Positions 33,068 to 40,868 of a stretch of 42,149 nucleotides of DNA are shown here, piece by piece (position 1 is the stretch's first letter; each line of letters opens with the position of its first letter). The notes beneath the pieces are model-generated. The model was given only the letters and a program-made list of their open reading frames with translations. It had not been told where the DNA came from and ran no database searches. The position numbers were made by a program, and so were the translations under genes. Location of the stretch: IMG/VR virus record IMGVR_UViG_2541047883_000004; one strand, given 5' to 3'. The DNA is from a virus (lineage: Duplodnaviria; Heunggongvirae; Uroviricota; Caudoviricetes).

Positions 33068-33493
33068 TCATTTCAATAAATACCAAACATTTCCCTGATA
33101 AAATGCCAGTATGCGCTGCATAACTTCGCTCTTCCGGCACTCGCGACAGATTATGTTTAGACGACTGTCGTAGCGACGTATTTCTCCGTCAGGTAATGAC
33201 CAGATAAGGTCCGGATCAACCACAGATGTTTTTTTCTTCAGCTTTGCCCTTGAGAGTTTTTTGCGGGCATTTTGCCAGTCCTTACGAGCCTGTTCAGACG
33301 GGAATAATCCGTAACCAGAGTTGTATACATCGCCGCTGGCAACCAGCTCTCTGGCGAGAGTGCTTATGTAATACCTTGATGCACCGGTTTTAGCCTCCAG
33401 AGCCCGTAACGTCTCGCGACCACTCAGACGTACAAGTTCAACAACCTGCCCCTTAATTTTTTCTCGCTCTTCTTGTGTAAAAACTTTTGCCAC
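33068..33493 (-). CDS. HTH-containing hypothetical protein downstream of the replication gene
   Basis: 141 aa with a probable HTH (TGASRYYISTLARELVASG) and a basic central region; not P-, DnaC- or DnaB-like. Confidence 0.45.
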   Translation of the reverse strand: MAKVFTQEEREKIKGQVVELVRLSGRETLRALEAKTGASRYYISTLARELVASGDVYNSGYGLFPSEQARKDWQNARKKLSRAKLKKKTSVVDPDLIWSLPDGEIRRYDSRLNIICRECRKSEVMQRILAFYQGNVWYLLK

Positions 33494-33533
33494 AAGTCCT
33501 CCTGAAAATTACCTCATGACCTGAAATACACAC

Positions 33534-34610
33534 TTACCCCCTGAAGCCCGGTGGAATTTCGGTATCCGGTTCAGAAATATGATTCACACAACGCTGGTTG
33601 TTCGTACCGCTTACCGGGAGCAACCAGGGGTTTTCAAAATTCCGGTCCGGTCCAAAAAACGTCGTCGCTCGCTGAACAAATTCCGTTCCCGTTTTCCCGG
33701 TAGCCGCCAGGTATCTTGCGTAACGCCTCACGCCATCCAGCATGGCCTCTGGTGGCACCCCCTCGCGTAATCTGGCCTTCCAGGCACTGAAAGCGGATTT
33801 CTTCGGGTTTGCCCCGGCACGCAACGGGTATTCCCGCCAGACCTGTTCGAACACATCAGGATAATCCACTCGTCCCACAGGCTGCCCGGTGTTTTCCGGG
33901 ACTACCCGATCGGCTTCCCGCTGAATGGCGGAATCGGCTTCAGGCTGCTGAAGTTGGTGTGATTGCTCCTGCCTTGCGGTCATCACCTGCTGCACAGCGC
34001 CCGAATCGGCTTTCAGCGCATACGCTGAATCGGCTTCCGGTGTCGTGCCTGCTGGCTGACCAAGATTGACGGTCTGAACATCCCCTGCCTGGTTCGCGGC
34101 GTTTTTTACGCCATGGACCATAGTGTTTTGATCTTCTTGATCTGTATCTTTATCTGTATCTTTATCTGTCGTGACTCGTCGTGACATGTGCGTGACATTT
34201 CGTGACTCGCCGTGACAATCGCCATTTTGTTCCCGCTTTCTTTCCCTCTCTCGCTGCGCCCTCTTGCGCTCTGCCGGAGATTTTGCGGTTTGCGAAATAT
34301 TACCGTTGTCCTCTTTCAGCACCTGGCGTTTTTCCCATCCAGTGATTAAATCACCATCAAGTACCCGCCCCTGCATCGTCTGCAAAATTGAATCAATTAC
34401 CTCTTCTGTCACGTCGAGCGCACTTGCCAAATCTTCTGTCGTGACATCAATGTGACCTCGCGTGACATTTCGTGACGCGCTCACCAGGAGGTGGATATAC
34501 ACTGCCATCACTGTTGCAATTGGCTGCCCTGACACCCTGGCAATTGTTCGCCACTTAGGGTCATTTGGCATGTCATGCCATAATCTGAGCCAGGCGTTAG
34601 CCATACTCAC
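33534..34610 (-). CDS. Putative replication initiator (O-like) with internal iteron arrays
   Basis: 358 aa in the lambda O position (after the cro and cII-position genes). Periodic GTCACG repeats lie inside the gene, as iterons do inside lambda O. Family assignment by position and architecture only. Confidence 0.5.
   Translation of the reverse strand: MSMANAWLRLWHDMPNDPKWRTIARVSGQPIATVMAVYIHLLVSASRNVTRGHIDVTTEDLASALDVTEEVIDSILQTMQGRVLDGDLITGWEKRQVLKEDNGNISQTAKSPAERKRAQRERERKREQNGDCHGESRNVTHMSRRVTTDKDTDKDTDQEDQNTMVHGVKNAANQAGDVQTVNLGQPAGTTPEADSAYALKADSGAVQQVMTARQEQSHQLQQPEADSAIQREADRVVPENTGQPVGRVDYPDVFEQVWREYPLRAGANPKKSAFSAWKARLREGVPPEAMLDGVRRYARYLAATGKTGTEFVQRATTFFGPDRNFENPWLLPVSGTNNQRCVNHISEPDTEIPPGFRG
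34127..34216 (-). repeat. Iteron-like array: 12-bp tandem repeat ATCTGTATCTTT x2.5, then 5 x CGTGAC at 10-11 bp spacing
   Basis: CGTGAC copies at 34170, 34180, 34191, 34201 and 34211 (plus strand), read directly from the sequence. Confidence 0.6.
34436..34477 (-). repeat. Second iteron-like cluster: 4 x (T/G)CGTGAC or TGTGAC at about 10 bp spacing
   Basis: Copies at 34441, 34452, 34462 and 34472 (plus strand). Confidence 0.5.
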
Positions 34611-34675
34611 CTCTTCTGATACCGAATCTTTTTACTCACGAGTTGCCGGAAGCGATTCGATATGGCTATTGTCAG

Positions 34676-35101
34676 TCAATGTACTGCCACAGCATTTCCA
34701 GCCGGGCCACCACGGTTCATCTGATTGAAACCGGCGATTGCCACTGCGACAAAATCATCAGCGTCTCTCACCAGTCGCTCCCGCGTCTCCACCAGCTCCC
34801 GAAAATAAGCTGAACTGTGGCTGCGCATTCTGGCCACCAGCAAAGGTGGCATTGCCTTTTCGATCGCTGGTAACAACGCCTGAATTTTTTCAACTGCATC
34901 AGGGGTGTCTTTCTCTATCCAGCGGAAAATTTTCTGGGTATTGCGAGCCAGGGCTTCCGGATGGCTGTCGTCGTACAGTTTAGGAAACGTCATACCCAAC
35001 TCAAAATAAGCCTGGGTTATTCCAGCTGCCGGAACTTTTTCGCCATCAGGACGTGCCCAGGCATTCATCGCCATGCGGATGTGTTCATGCTTGATTTTCA
35101 T
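34676..35101 (-). CDS. YdaT-like protein (cII-position gene of Rac-type immunity regions)
   Basis: Start MKIKHEHI, as I recall for Rac YdaT; directly downstream of the cro-like gene. Confidence 0.55.
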   Translation of the reverse strand: MKIKHEHIRMAMNAWARPDGEKVPAAGITQAYFELGMTFPKLYDDSHPEALARNTQKIFRWIEKDTPDAVEKIQALLPAIEKAMPPLLVARMRSHSSAYFRELVETRERLVRDADDFVAVAIAGFNQMNRGGPAGNAVAVH

Positions 35102-35327
35102 GAATCCCCCCTTGGTTAGAAGGCGGATTATGATCAGAACCGGGAATGACAACCGTCGGTATGTGTAACTCATATTTGAGCGCCCCGGCAGTGACTGCCT
35201 GAATTAGCAACGCCCATTTCCACGGAACGTCTTCCCCCCACATGCTGACTGTGGTTTTTGACGTTCCTAGAGCGGCGGCTGTTTTAACAACTCCGCCAAA
35301 ATAGCCTAATACTTCTGATTTTTTCAT
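35085..35327 (-). CDS. cro: Cro-like HTH regulator (YdaS-like)
   Basis: MKKSEVLGYFGGVVKTAAALGTSKTTVSMWGEDVPW; SD-less but divergent from cI across an operator-rich intergenic region. Confidence 0.7.
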   Translation of the reverse strand: MKKSEVLGYFGGVVKTAAALGTSKTTVSMWGEDVPWKWALLIQAVTAGALKYELHIPTVVIPGSDHNPPSNQGGIHENQA

Positions 35328-35420
35328 GATTCGCTCCATAAAACTGAACGCCAAAAGTTTAATAATCAAAACCAAAGAAAGTCAAGAAACAAAACCATCT
35401 GTGTTTTAAAATCAAAACAT
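35328..35420. promoter_or_regulatory. Right operator/promoter region (OR, PR, PRM candidates)
   Basis: Palindromes GTGTTTT-N6-AAAACAT (35401-35420), AAAAC-N7-GTTTT (35390-35406) and AAACT-N11-AGTTT (35339-35360). The cI ATG overlaps the last operator. Confidence 0.55.
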
Positions 35421-36057
35421 GAACAAGCAAACAATATCTGAACGCATAACCCAACGTATGCATGCGCTAAACTTGAAAGGCAAAGACCTTGTCAATGCCA
35501 CTGGCGCATCAAAAGGCTCCGTAAGTCAATGGATGAACGGTGGAGGAGCGCCGTCCTCGCGTTACATAAGCTCACTGGCAAAGATATTGAAAGTAAACGA
35601 AAATTGGCTTCTTAATGGAGGAGAGTTAAATACAGGTGATTCGCTTGATCTATCTTTACCGCCGATAAAAACGGTTCCGCTACTATCACTTCAGCAGGCA
35701 GCAAGCTGGAGTGATTATATGAAAAATTCCTCAATAACCTCTTGTGTGCAGCTTGTCGGAGAAATCCCGGCCAATACCTTTGCTGTTGTTCTAGAGAGTG
35801 ACAGTATGTCGACATCTGGTGGTGGAGTTTCCATCCCAAATGGTTCAACAGTTTTTGTTGATCCCGATCGAATCGTACAACCAGGAAATATTGTCCTTGC
35901 CTTACCCAAAGGGACCACAACGCCTGTCATTCGCAAACTGGAGATAGAAGGGCCGGATATTCTTTTAGTCCCCACGAATCCTCGCTACCCTTCAATTATG
36001 CTGGATGATCTATCTTGCATATTGGGAGTATGCTTTAAAATTCAACAAGATATTTAA
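35419..36057 (+). CDS. cI: CI-type repressor (N-terminal XRE HTH plus C-terminal S24 LexA-like autopeptidase domain)
   Basis: HTH (LKGKDLVNATGASKGSVSQWMNG) and a C-terminal S24-like domain with Ser (DSMS) and Lys (VIRKL) context. Confidence 0.8.
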   Translation: MNKQTISERITQRMHALNLKGKDLVNATGASKGSVSQWMNGGGAPSSRYISSLAKILKVNENWLLNGGELNTGDSLDLSLPPIKTVPLLSLQQAASWSDYMKNSSITSCVQLVGEIPANTFAVVLESDSMSTSGGGVSIPNGSTVFVDPDRIVQPGNIVLALPKGTTTPVIRKLEIEGPDILLVPTNPRYPSIMLDDLSCILGVCFKIQQDI

Positions 36058-36119
36058 CCAACCTCATCTATTTGATTAACTGTATGCCATCGTAGTGATG
36101 GCGTAACAGCTGCCTGCTT

Positions 36120-36172
36120 AAAATGTTTTGATAAAAAAACATTGACCTTAAATGTTCATTTTTCTAAACTTC
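36120..36172 (+). promoter_or_regulatory. Left operator/promoter region (OL, PL candidate)
   Basis: Operator palindromes ATGTTTT-N6-AAAACAT (36123-36142) and AACATT-N7-AATGTT (36139-36157), same half-site as at OR. Candidate -35 TTGACC (36142-36147) and -10 TAAACT (36165-36170) with 17-nt spacing. Confidence 0.5.
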
Positions 36173-36268
36173 ATTCATTCCCTCACCCCGCCCCACAGAA
36201 TGCAGGGCAATACTTCGAGTTACCAGGCAGTGGTCAGGGGTTAAGTAGCCAGCCCGAGGCGTAAGAAC

Positions 36269-36505
36269 ATGACGGCAGGGTTCAACTTTAATAACTATGC
36301 AGCAGGTTTTTGTTCCGCTACCCCGGCGTTAAGGGGAAATGAGGTCAGCATGGATACTATCGATCTTGGCAACAGCGAATCTCTGGTGTACGGCGTGTTT
36401 CCCAACCAGGACGGCACGTTCACCGCGATGACGTATACCAAAAGCAAAACGTTTAAAACCGAAAATGGTGCCCGTCGCTGGCTGGAAAGAAACTCAGGTG
36501 AGTGA
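36269..36505 (+). CDS. Hypothetical early-left protein
   Basis: ORF only; first ORF downstream of the PL candidate; not N-like. Confidence 0.3.
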   Translation: MTAGFNFNNYAAGFCSATPALRGNEVSMDTIDLGNSESLVYGVFPNQDGTFTAMTYTKSKTFKTENGARRWLERNSGE

Positions 36506-36506
36506 T

Positions 36507-37082
36507 ATGGATTTCGACACAATCATGGAAAAGGCTTACGAAGAATACTTCGAAGGCCTTGCCGAAGGCGAAGAAGCTCTCAGCTTCAGTGAGTTTAAAC
36601 AGGCCCTCAGAATAAGAATGTGCTCTCACAATGACGCGGAGCACAAATATGAGAAGCAAAATCAGACCGCAGAAAATTTTGTTCTGGAACCCGGAGAAAC
36701 GCTTTTCAAAATTCCCGTTACGTGCCCCATTTGCGGTTTTACATCAGAAGAACTTGACGACTCCTGTAACAATCAGGAAACAACCAAGTATGTCGAAGAT
36801 GATACCGAGTGCGCACGAAGAACGATTATATCCACGAGTCCAAACTCCAGGACCAATAAATCTCACTTTGAGAGGGTGATTAATCCACTCCCCCAAACCA
36901 ATAAAAAAGATGCCGGAGGACAAAAAACCCAATGGAACAACGGGATATCTGTCAAAAAAAGACGTTCCATTAAAGACAAACAACGCAGCGCCAACAACTG
37001 TAAGCGCTTTATACCAGTAATCAATTTTCATGTTCTTAAGCGGATTTATTGGTGGTTGCGACATTGCTTAATGAATCCTTAA
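36507..37082 (+). CDS. Hypothetical protein with zinc-ribbon-like CPICG motif
   Basis: Start MDFDTIMEKAYEEY with SD GGTGAG, 1 nt after the preceding stop. Confidence 0.4.
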   Translation: MDFDTIMEKAYEEYFEGLAEGEEALSFSEFKQALRIRMCSHNDAEHKYEKQNQTAENFVLEPGETLFKIPVTCPICGFTSEELDDSCNNQETTKYVEDDTECARRTIISTSPNSRTNKSHFERVINPLPQTNKKDAGGQKTQWNNGISVKKRRSIKDKQRSANNCKRFIPVINFHVLKRIYWWLRHCLMNP

Positions 37083-37568
37083 AACTGTGGTGATTTTAAG
37101 GATACCACCTCGCCTGACGTGGTTAAAAGCAGGCACACAACACGAAAGCGCACGGCGAAGTTCGTCTCACTGTACGGTGTCGTTAAATTTAATTCGACCG
37201 TGCGCTTCCGGTTGTGGCAACCCGCGAAATGGCGCGGCGGTAAGTATGGCGGGGTTATTCCTTCCCCGTTGAGGACACCGGGTTGTCAGGTTGACCATAC
37301 GCTTAAGTGACAACCCCGCTGCAACGCCCTCTGTTATCAATTTTCTGGTGACGTTTAGCGGTATCAGTTTTACTCCGTGACTGCTCTGCCGCCGTTTTTA
37401 AAGTGAATTTTGTGATGCGGTGAATGCGGCTGAGCGCACGCGGAACAGTTAAAACCAAAAACAGTGTTATGGGTGGATTCTCTGTATCCGACGTTAATTG
37501 TTAACTGGTTAACGTCACCTGGAGGCACCAGGCACTGCATCACAAAATTCATTGTTGAGGACGCGATA

Positions 37569-37757
37569 ATGAAAACGTTATTACCAAACGTTAATACGTC
37601 TGAAGGTTGTTTTGAAATTGGTGTCACTATCAGTAACCCAGTATTTACTGAAGATGCCATTAACAAGAGAAAACAAGAACGGGAGCTATTAAATAAAGTA
37701 TGCATTCTTTCAATGCTGGCCCGTTTACGTCCGATACAAAAAGGATGCTGGCAATGA
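37569..37757 (+). CDS. Hypothetical small protein
   Basis: Start MKTLLPNVNTSEG with SD GAGGA. Confidence 0.4.
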   Translation: MKTLLPNVNTSEGCFEIGVTISNPVFTEDAINKRKQERELLNKVCILSMLARLRPIQKGCWQ

Positions 37758-37945
37758 ATACAGCATTTGCACTTGTTCTGACAGTTTTTCTTGTTTCCGG
37801 AGAACCAGTTGATATTGCAGTCAGTGTTCACAGGACAATGCAGGAGTGTGTGACTGCAGCAACCGAACAGAAAATTCCCGGTAACTGTTACCCTGTCGAT
37901 AAAGTTATTCACCAGGATAATAACGAAATCCCGGCAGGTCTTTAA
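37754..37945 (+). CDS. Hypothetical small protein with signal-peptide-like N-terminus
   Basis: Start MNTAFALVLTVFLVSGEP overlaps the upstream stop (ATGA). Confidence 0.4.
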   Translation: MNTAFALVLTVFLVSGEPVDIAVSVHRTMQECVTAATEQKIPGNCYPVDKVIHQDNNEIPAGL

Positions 37946-38038
37946 AACAGTTCCGTAATAAACATCCGATTTCATTCTTATATGCCAGCAATGGCAGGGA
38001 TTTGTTCACCCTTAAATCTGTCATGAGGTTAAAACAAA

Positions 38039-40510
38039 ATGAGTAAAGTCTTTATTTGCGCCGCCATTCCGGACGAACAGGCAATAAAGGAAGAAGGTGC
38101 AATCGCTGTAGCCACTGCCATTGAAGCCGGTGATGAACGTCGCGCCCGCGCAAAATTTCACTGGCAATTCCTGGAACATTATCCGGTTGCTCAGGACTGC
38201 GCTTATAAATTTCTTGTTTGCGAGGATAAACCCGGTATACCCCGCCCTGCCCTCGATTCCTGGGATGCTGAATATATGCAGGAAAACCGCTGGGATGAGG
38301 AGTCTGCTTCCTTTGTCCCGGTTGAGACTGAATCAGATCCGATGAACGTCACTTTTGACAAGCTGGCCCCTGAAGTACAGAACGCTGTCATGGTTAAGTT
38401 CGACACATGTGAAAACATCACCGTTGATATGGTGATTAGCGCGCAGGAATTGTTGCAGGAAGACATGGCAACATTCGACGGACATATCGTTGAAGCGTTG
38501 ATGAAAATGCCAGAAGTTAACGCCATGTATCCGGAGCTTAAGCTGCATGCCATCGGGTGGGTTAAACATAAATGTAATCCTGGAGCTAAATGGCCCGAAA
38601 TTCAGGCAGAGATGCGCATCTGGAAAAAACGTCGCGAAAATGAACGCAAGGAAACCGGAAAATACACGTCTGTTGTTGATCTCGCCCGCGCCAGAGCCAA
38701 TCAACAGCACACTGAAAATTCAACAGGAAAAATCAACCCGGTCATTGCTGCCACTCATCGCGAATACAAGCAGACATGGAAAACACTGGATGACGAACTG
38801 GCCTACGCTCTCTGGCCTGGTGATGTGGATGCCGGAAACATTGACGGCAGCATCCATCGCTGGGCAAAAAATGAAGTTATCGACAACGACCGCGAAGACT
38901 GGAAGCGTATCTCGGCATCAATGCGCAAACAGCCTGATGCCCTTCGCTACGACCGCCAGACTATTTTTGGCCTTGTCCGTGAACGTCCGATCGACATTCA
39001 CAAAGACCCTGTGGCACTGAACAAATACATTACTAAATACCTGACTACAAAGGGCGTGTTTGAAGATGAAGGAACAAATCAGAGCGCAACTGATACTCTC
39101 TCGTCGCCAGTACCAGAAACTGATGCAGTGGAAACGGCAATTCCGGGCAACGAAAAAACTGAATGCAAAGTGGAAGTCGAACCATCTGTAGAGCGTGAGG
39201 GGCCGTTCTACTTCCTCTTTACCGACAAGGATGGCGAAAAATACGGTCGCGCAAACAAACTTTCTGGTCTGGATAAGGCGCTGGCTGCCGGGGCTACTGA
39301 AATCACGAAAGAAGAATATTTCGCCCGCAAAAACGGTACATACTCAGGTTCACAACAAAATACTGGTGCATCTGACACGACCGCACAACCAGAGCCGGTA
39401 AAAATTACCGCTGACGAAGTAAACAAAATTATGCAGGCAGCCAATATCAGCCAGCCTGACGCCAATCAGTTGCTTGCTGTATCACGTGGTGAATTTGTTG
39501 CAGGGATTAGCGATCCGAATGATCCGAAATGGGTGAAGGGGATTGAAACCCGCGATTCAGTGAACCAGAACCAGCAAGAAACGGAACAGAACGACCAGAA
39601 AGCGGAACAAAACAGCCCAAATGCGTTACAAAACGAGCCAGAAACGAAACAACCTGAGCCAGTAGCGCAACAGGAAGCGGAAAAAATCTGCACCGCCTAC
39701 GGTCAGACCGGCGGCGGCAACTGCCCTGAATGTGGTGCGGTGATGGGCGACGCAACATACCAGGAAACATTCGATGACAAGAACCAGGTTGAAGTTCAGG
39801 AAGACGATTCGGAGAAAATGGAAGGCGCTGAACATCCACACAAGGAGAATGCTGGCAGCGCTCAGGACCACGCCAGCGATAGTGAAACTGGCGAGACGGC
39901 AGATCCCTTAATTACGGTGAACGGTCATCACGTTATCACATCCACCAGCAGGACGTGTGACCATCTAATGATCGACCTTGAAACCATGGGAAAAAATCCT
40001 GATGCCCCGATTATCTCAATAGGCGCAATATTTTTCGATCCACAAACCGGAGATATGGGACCGGAATTTAGCAAGACCATAGATCTGAATACTGCTGGCG
40101 GAGTCATTGATCGTGACGTCATTAAATGGTGGCTGAAGCAATCACGTGAAGCGCAGTCTGCCATTATGACCGATGAAATCCCGTTAGATGATGCACTGTT
40201 ACAATTGCGGGAATTTATCGACGAAAACTCCGGTGAATTTTTTGTTCAGGTCTGGGGAAATGGAGCCAACTTCGACAACACGATTTTGCGCCGTTCATAC
40301 GAACGGCAGGGGATCCCCTGCCCGTGGCGTTACTACAACGATCGCGATGTACGCACAATCGTTGAGCTGGGGAAAGCCATAGACTTCGATGCCAGAACGG
40401 CTATTCCATTCGAAGGTGAGCGGCATAATGCACTTGATGACGCCCGTTACCAGGCAAAATACGTTTCAGTTATCTGGCAAAAACTGATCCCGAGTCAGGC
40501 TGATTCTTAA
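38039..40510 (+). CDS. RecE-N-like protein fused to a C-terminal DnaQ-like (DEDDh) 3'-5' exonuclease domain
   Basis: Central segment LLAVSRGEFVAGISDPNDPKWVKGIETRD resembles Rac RecE as recalled. The C-terminus has DEDDh motifs (MIDLETMG ... HNALDDARYQ) rather than a PD-(D/E)XK RecE nuclease. Confidence 0.7.
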   Translation: MSKVFICAAIPDEQAIKEEGAIAVATAIEAGDERRARAKFHWQFLEHYPVAQDCAYKFLVCEDKPGIPRPALDSWDAEYMQENRWDEESASFVPVETESDPMNVTFDKLAPEVQNAVMVKFDTCENITVDMVISAQELLQEDMATFDGHIVEALMKMPEVNAMYPELKLHAIGWVKHKCNPGAKWPEIQAEMRIWKKRRENERKETGKYTSVVDLARARANQQHTENSTGKINPVIAATHREYKQTWKTLDDELAYALWPGDVDAGNIDGSIHRWAKNEVIDNDREDWKRISASMRKQPDALRYDRQTIFGLVRERPIDIHKDPVALNKYITKYLTTKGVFEDEGTNQSATDTLSSPVPETDAVETAIPGNEKTECKVEVEPSVEREGPFYFLFTDKDGEKYGRANKLSGLDKALAAGATEITKEEYFARKNGTYSGSQQNTGASDTTAQPEPVKITADEVNKIMQAANISQPDANQLLAVSRGEFVAGISDPNDPKWVKGIETRDSVNQNQQETEQNDQKAEQNSPNALQNEPETKQPEPVAQQEAEKICTAYGQTGGGNCPECGAVMGDATYQETFDDKNQVEVQEDDSEKMEGAEHPHKENAGSAQDHASDSETGETADPLITVNGHHVITSTSRTCDHLMIDLETMGKNPDAPIISIGAIFFDPQTGDMGPEFSKTIDLNTAGGVIDRDVIKWWLKQSREAQSAIMTDEIPLDDALLQLREFIDENSGEFFVQVWGNGANFDNTILRRSYERQGIPCPWRYYNDRDVRTIVELGKAIDFDARTAIPFEGERHNALDDARYQAKYVSVIWQKLIPSQADS

Positions 40511-40582
40511 TGTTCAACTGTCGCCGGTTGTGACTGGTATTCTGCAACCGGCGCTCGTCTGATGTAAGAGATAAAGAAATCG

Positions 40583-40834
40583 ATGAGCGAAGTAATCATG
40601 ATTGTCTCTCCCGGCAAATGGGTATCCGAAGAGCAGTTAATTGCGCTGAAAGGAATAAAAAAAGGTACGTTAAAAAAGGCCCGGGAAAAATCGTTTATGG
40701 AAGGAAGGGAATATAAGCATGTCGCTCATGACGGTATGCCATGGGATAACAGTCCATGCTTTTACAACCTGGAAGAAATTGATCGCTGGATTGAGCGCCA
40801 GGCATCAGCGAGACCAAGACGTCATCTTACTTGA
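40583..40834 (+). CDS. xis: Excisionase-like protein
   Basis: 83 aa directly upstream of int; the motif WMEGREYKHVAHDGMPW resembles prophage excisionases. Confidence 0.6.
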   Translation: MSEVIMIVSPGKWVSEEQLIALKGIKKGTLKKAREKSFMEGREYKHVAHDGMPWDNSPCFYNLEEIDRWIERQASARPRRHLT

Positions 40835-40868
40835 CTAAAAGCCACACTAACTAATGAGAGAGGTTGAA

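Noticed and set aside
34127-34216. Possible CRISPR array or retron-like repeat
   Set aside because: The repeats are 6-12 bp units at helical spacing inside a coding sequence, with no spacers and no cas or RT genes; an iteron interpretation fits better.
37087-37310. Two overlapping Arg-rich small plus-strand ORFs (61 and 63 aa)
   Set aside because: They lie in the hairpin-dense GC-rich segment and have no SD; more likely a structured non-coding region than N-like proteins, though an N-like antiterminator cannot be fully excluded.
37370-37975. 201-aa Cys-rich minus-strand ORF
   Set aside because: Overlaps two plus-strand small genes that have good SDs and ATGA coupling; Cys/Asn-rich low-complexity translation; lies on the wrong strand for the early-left operon.
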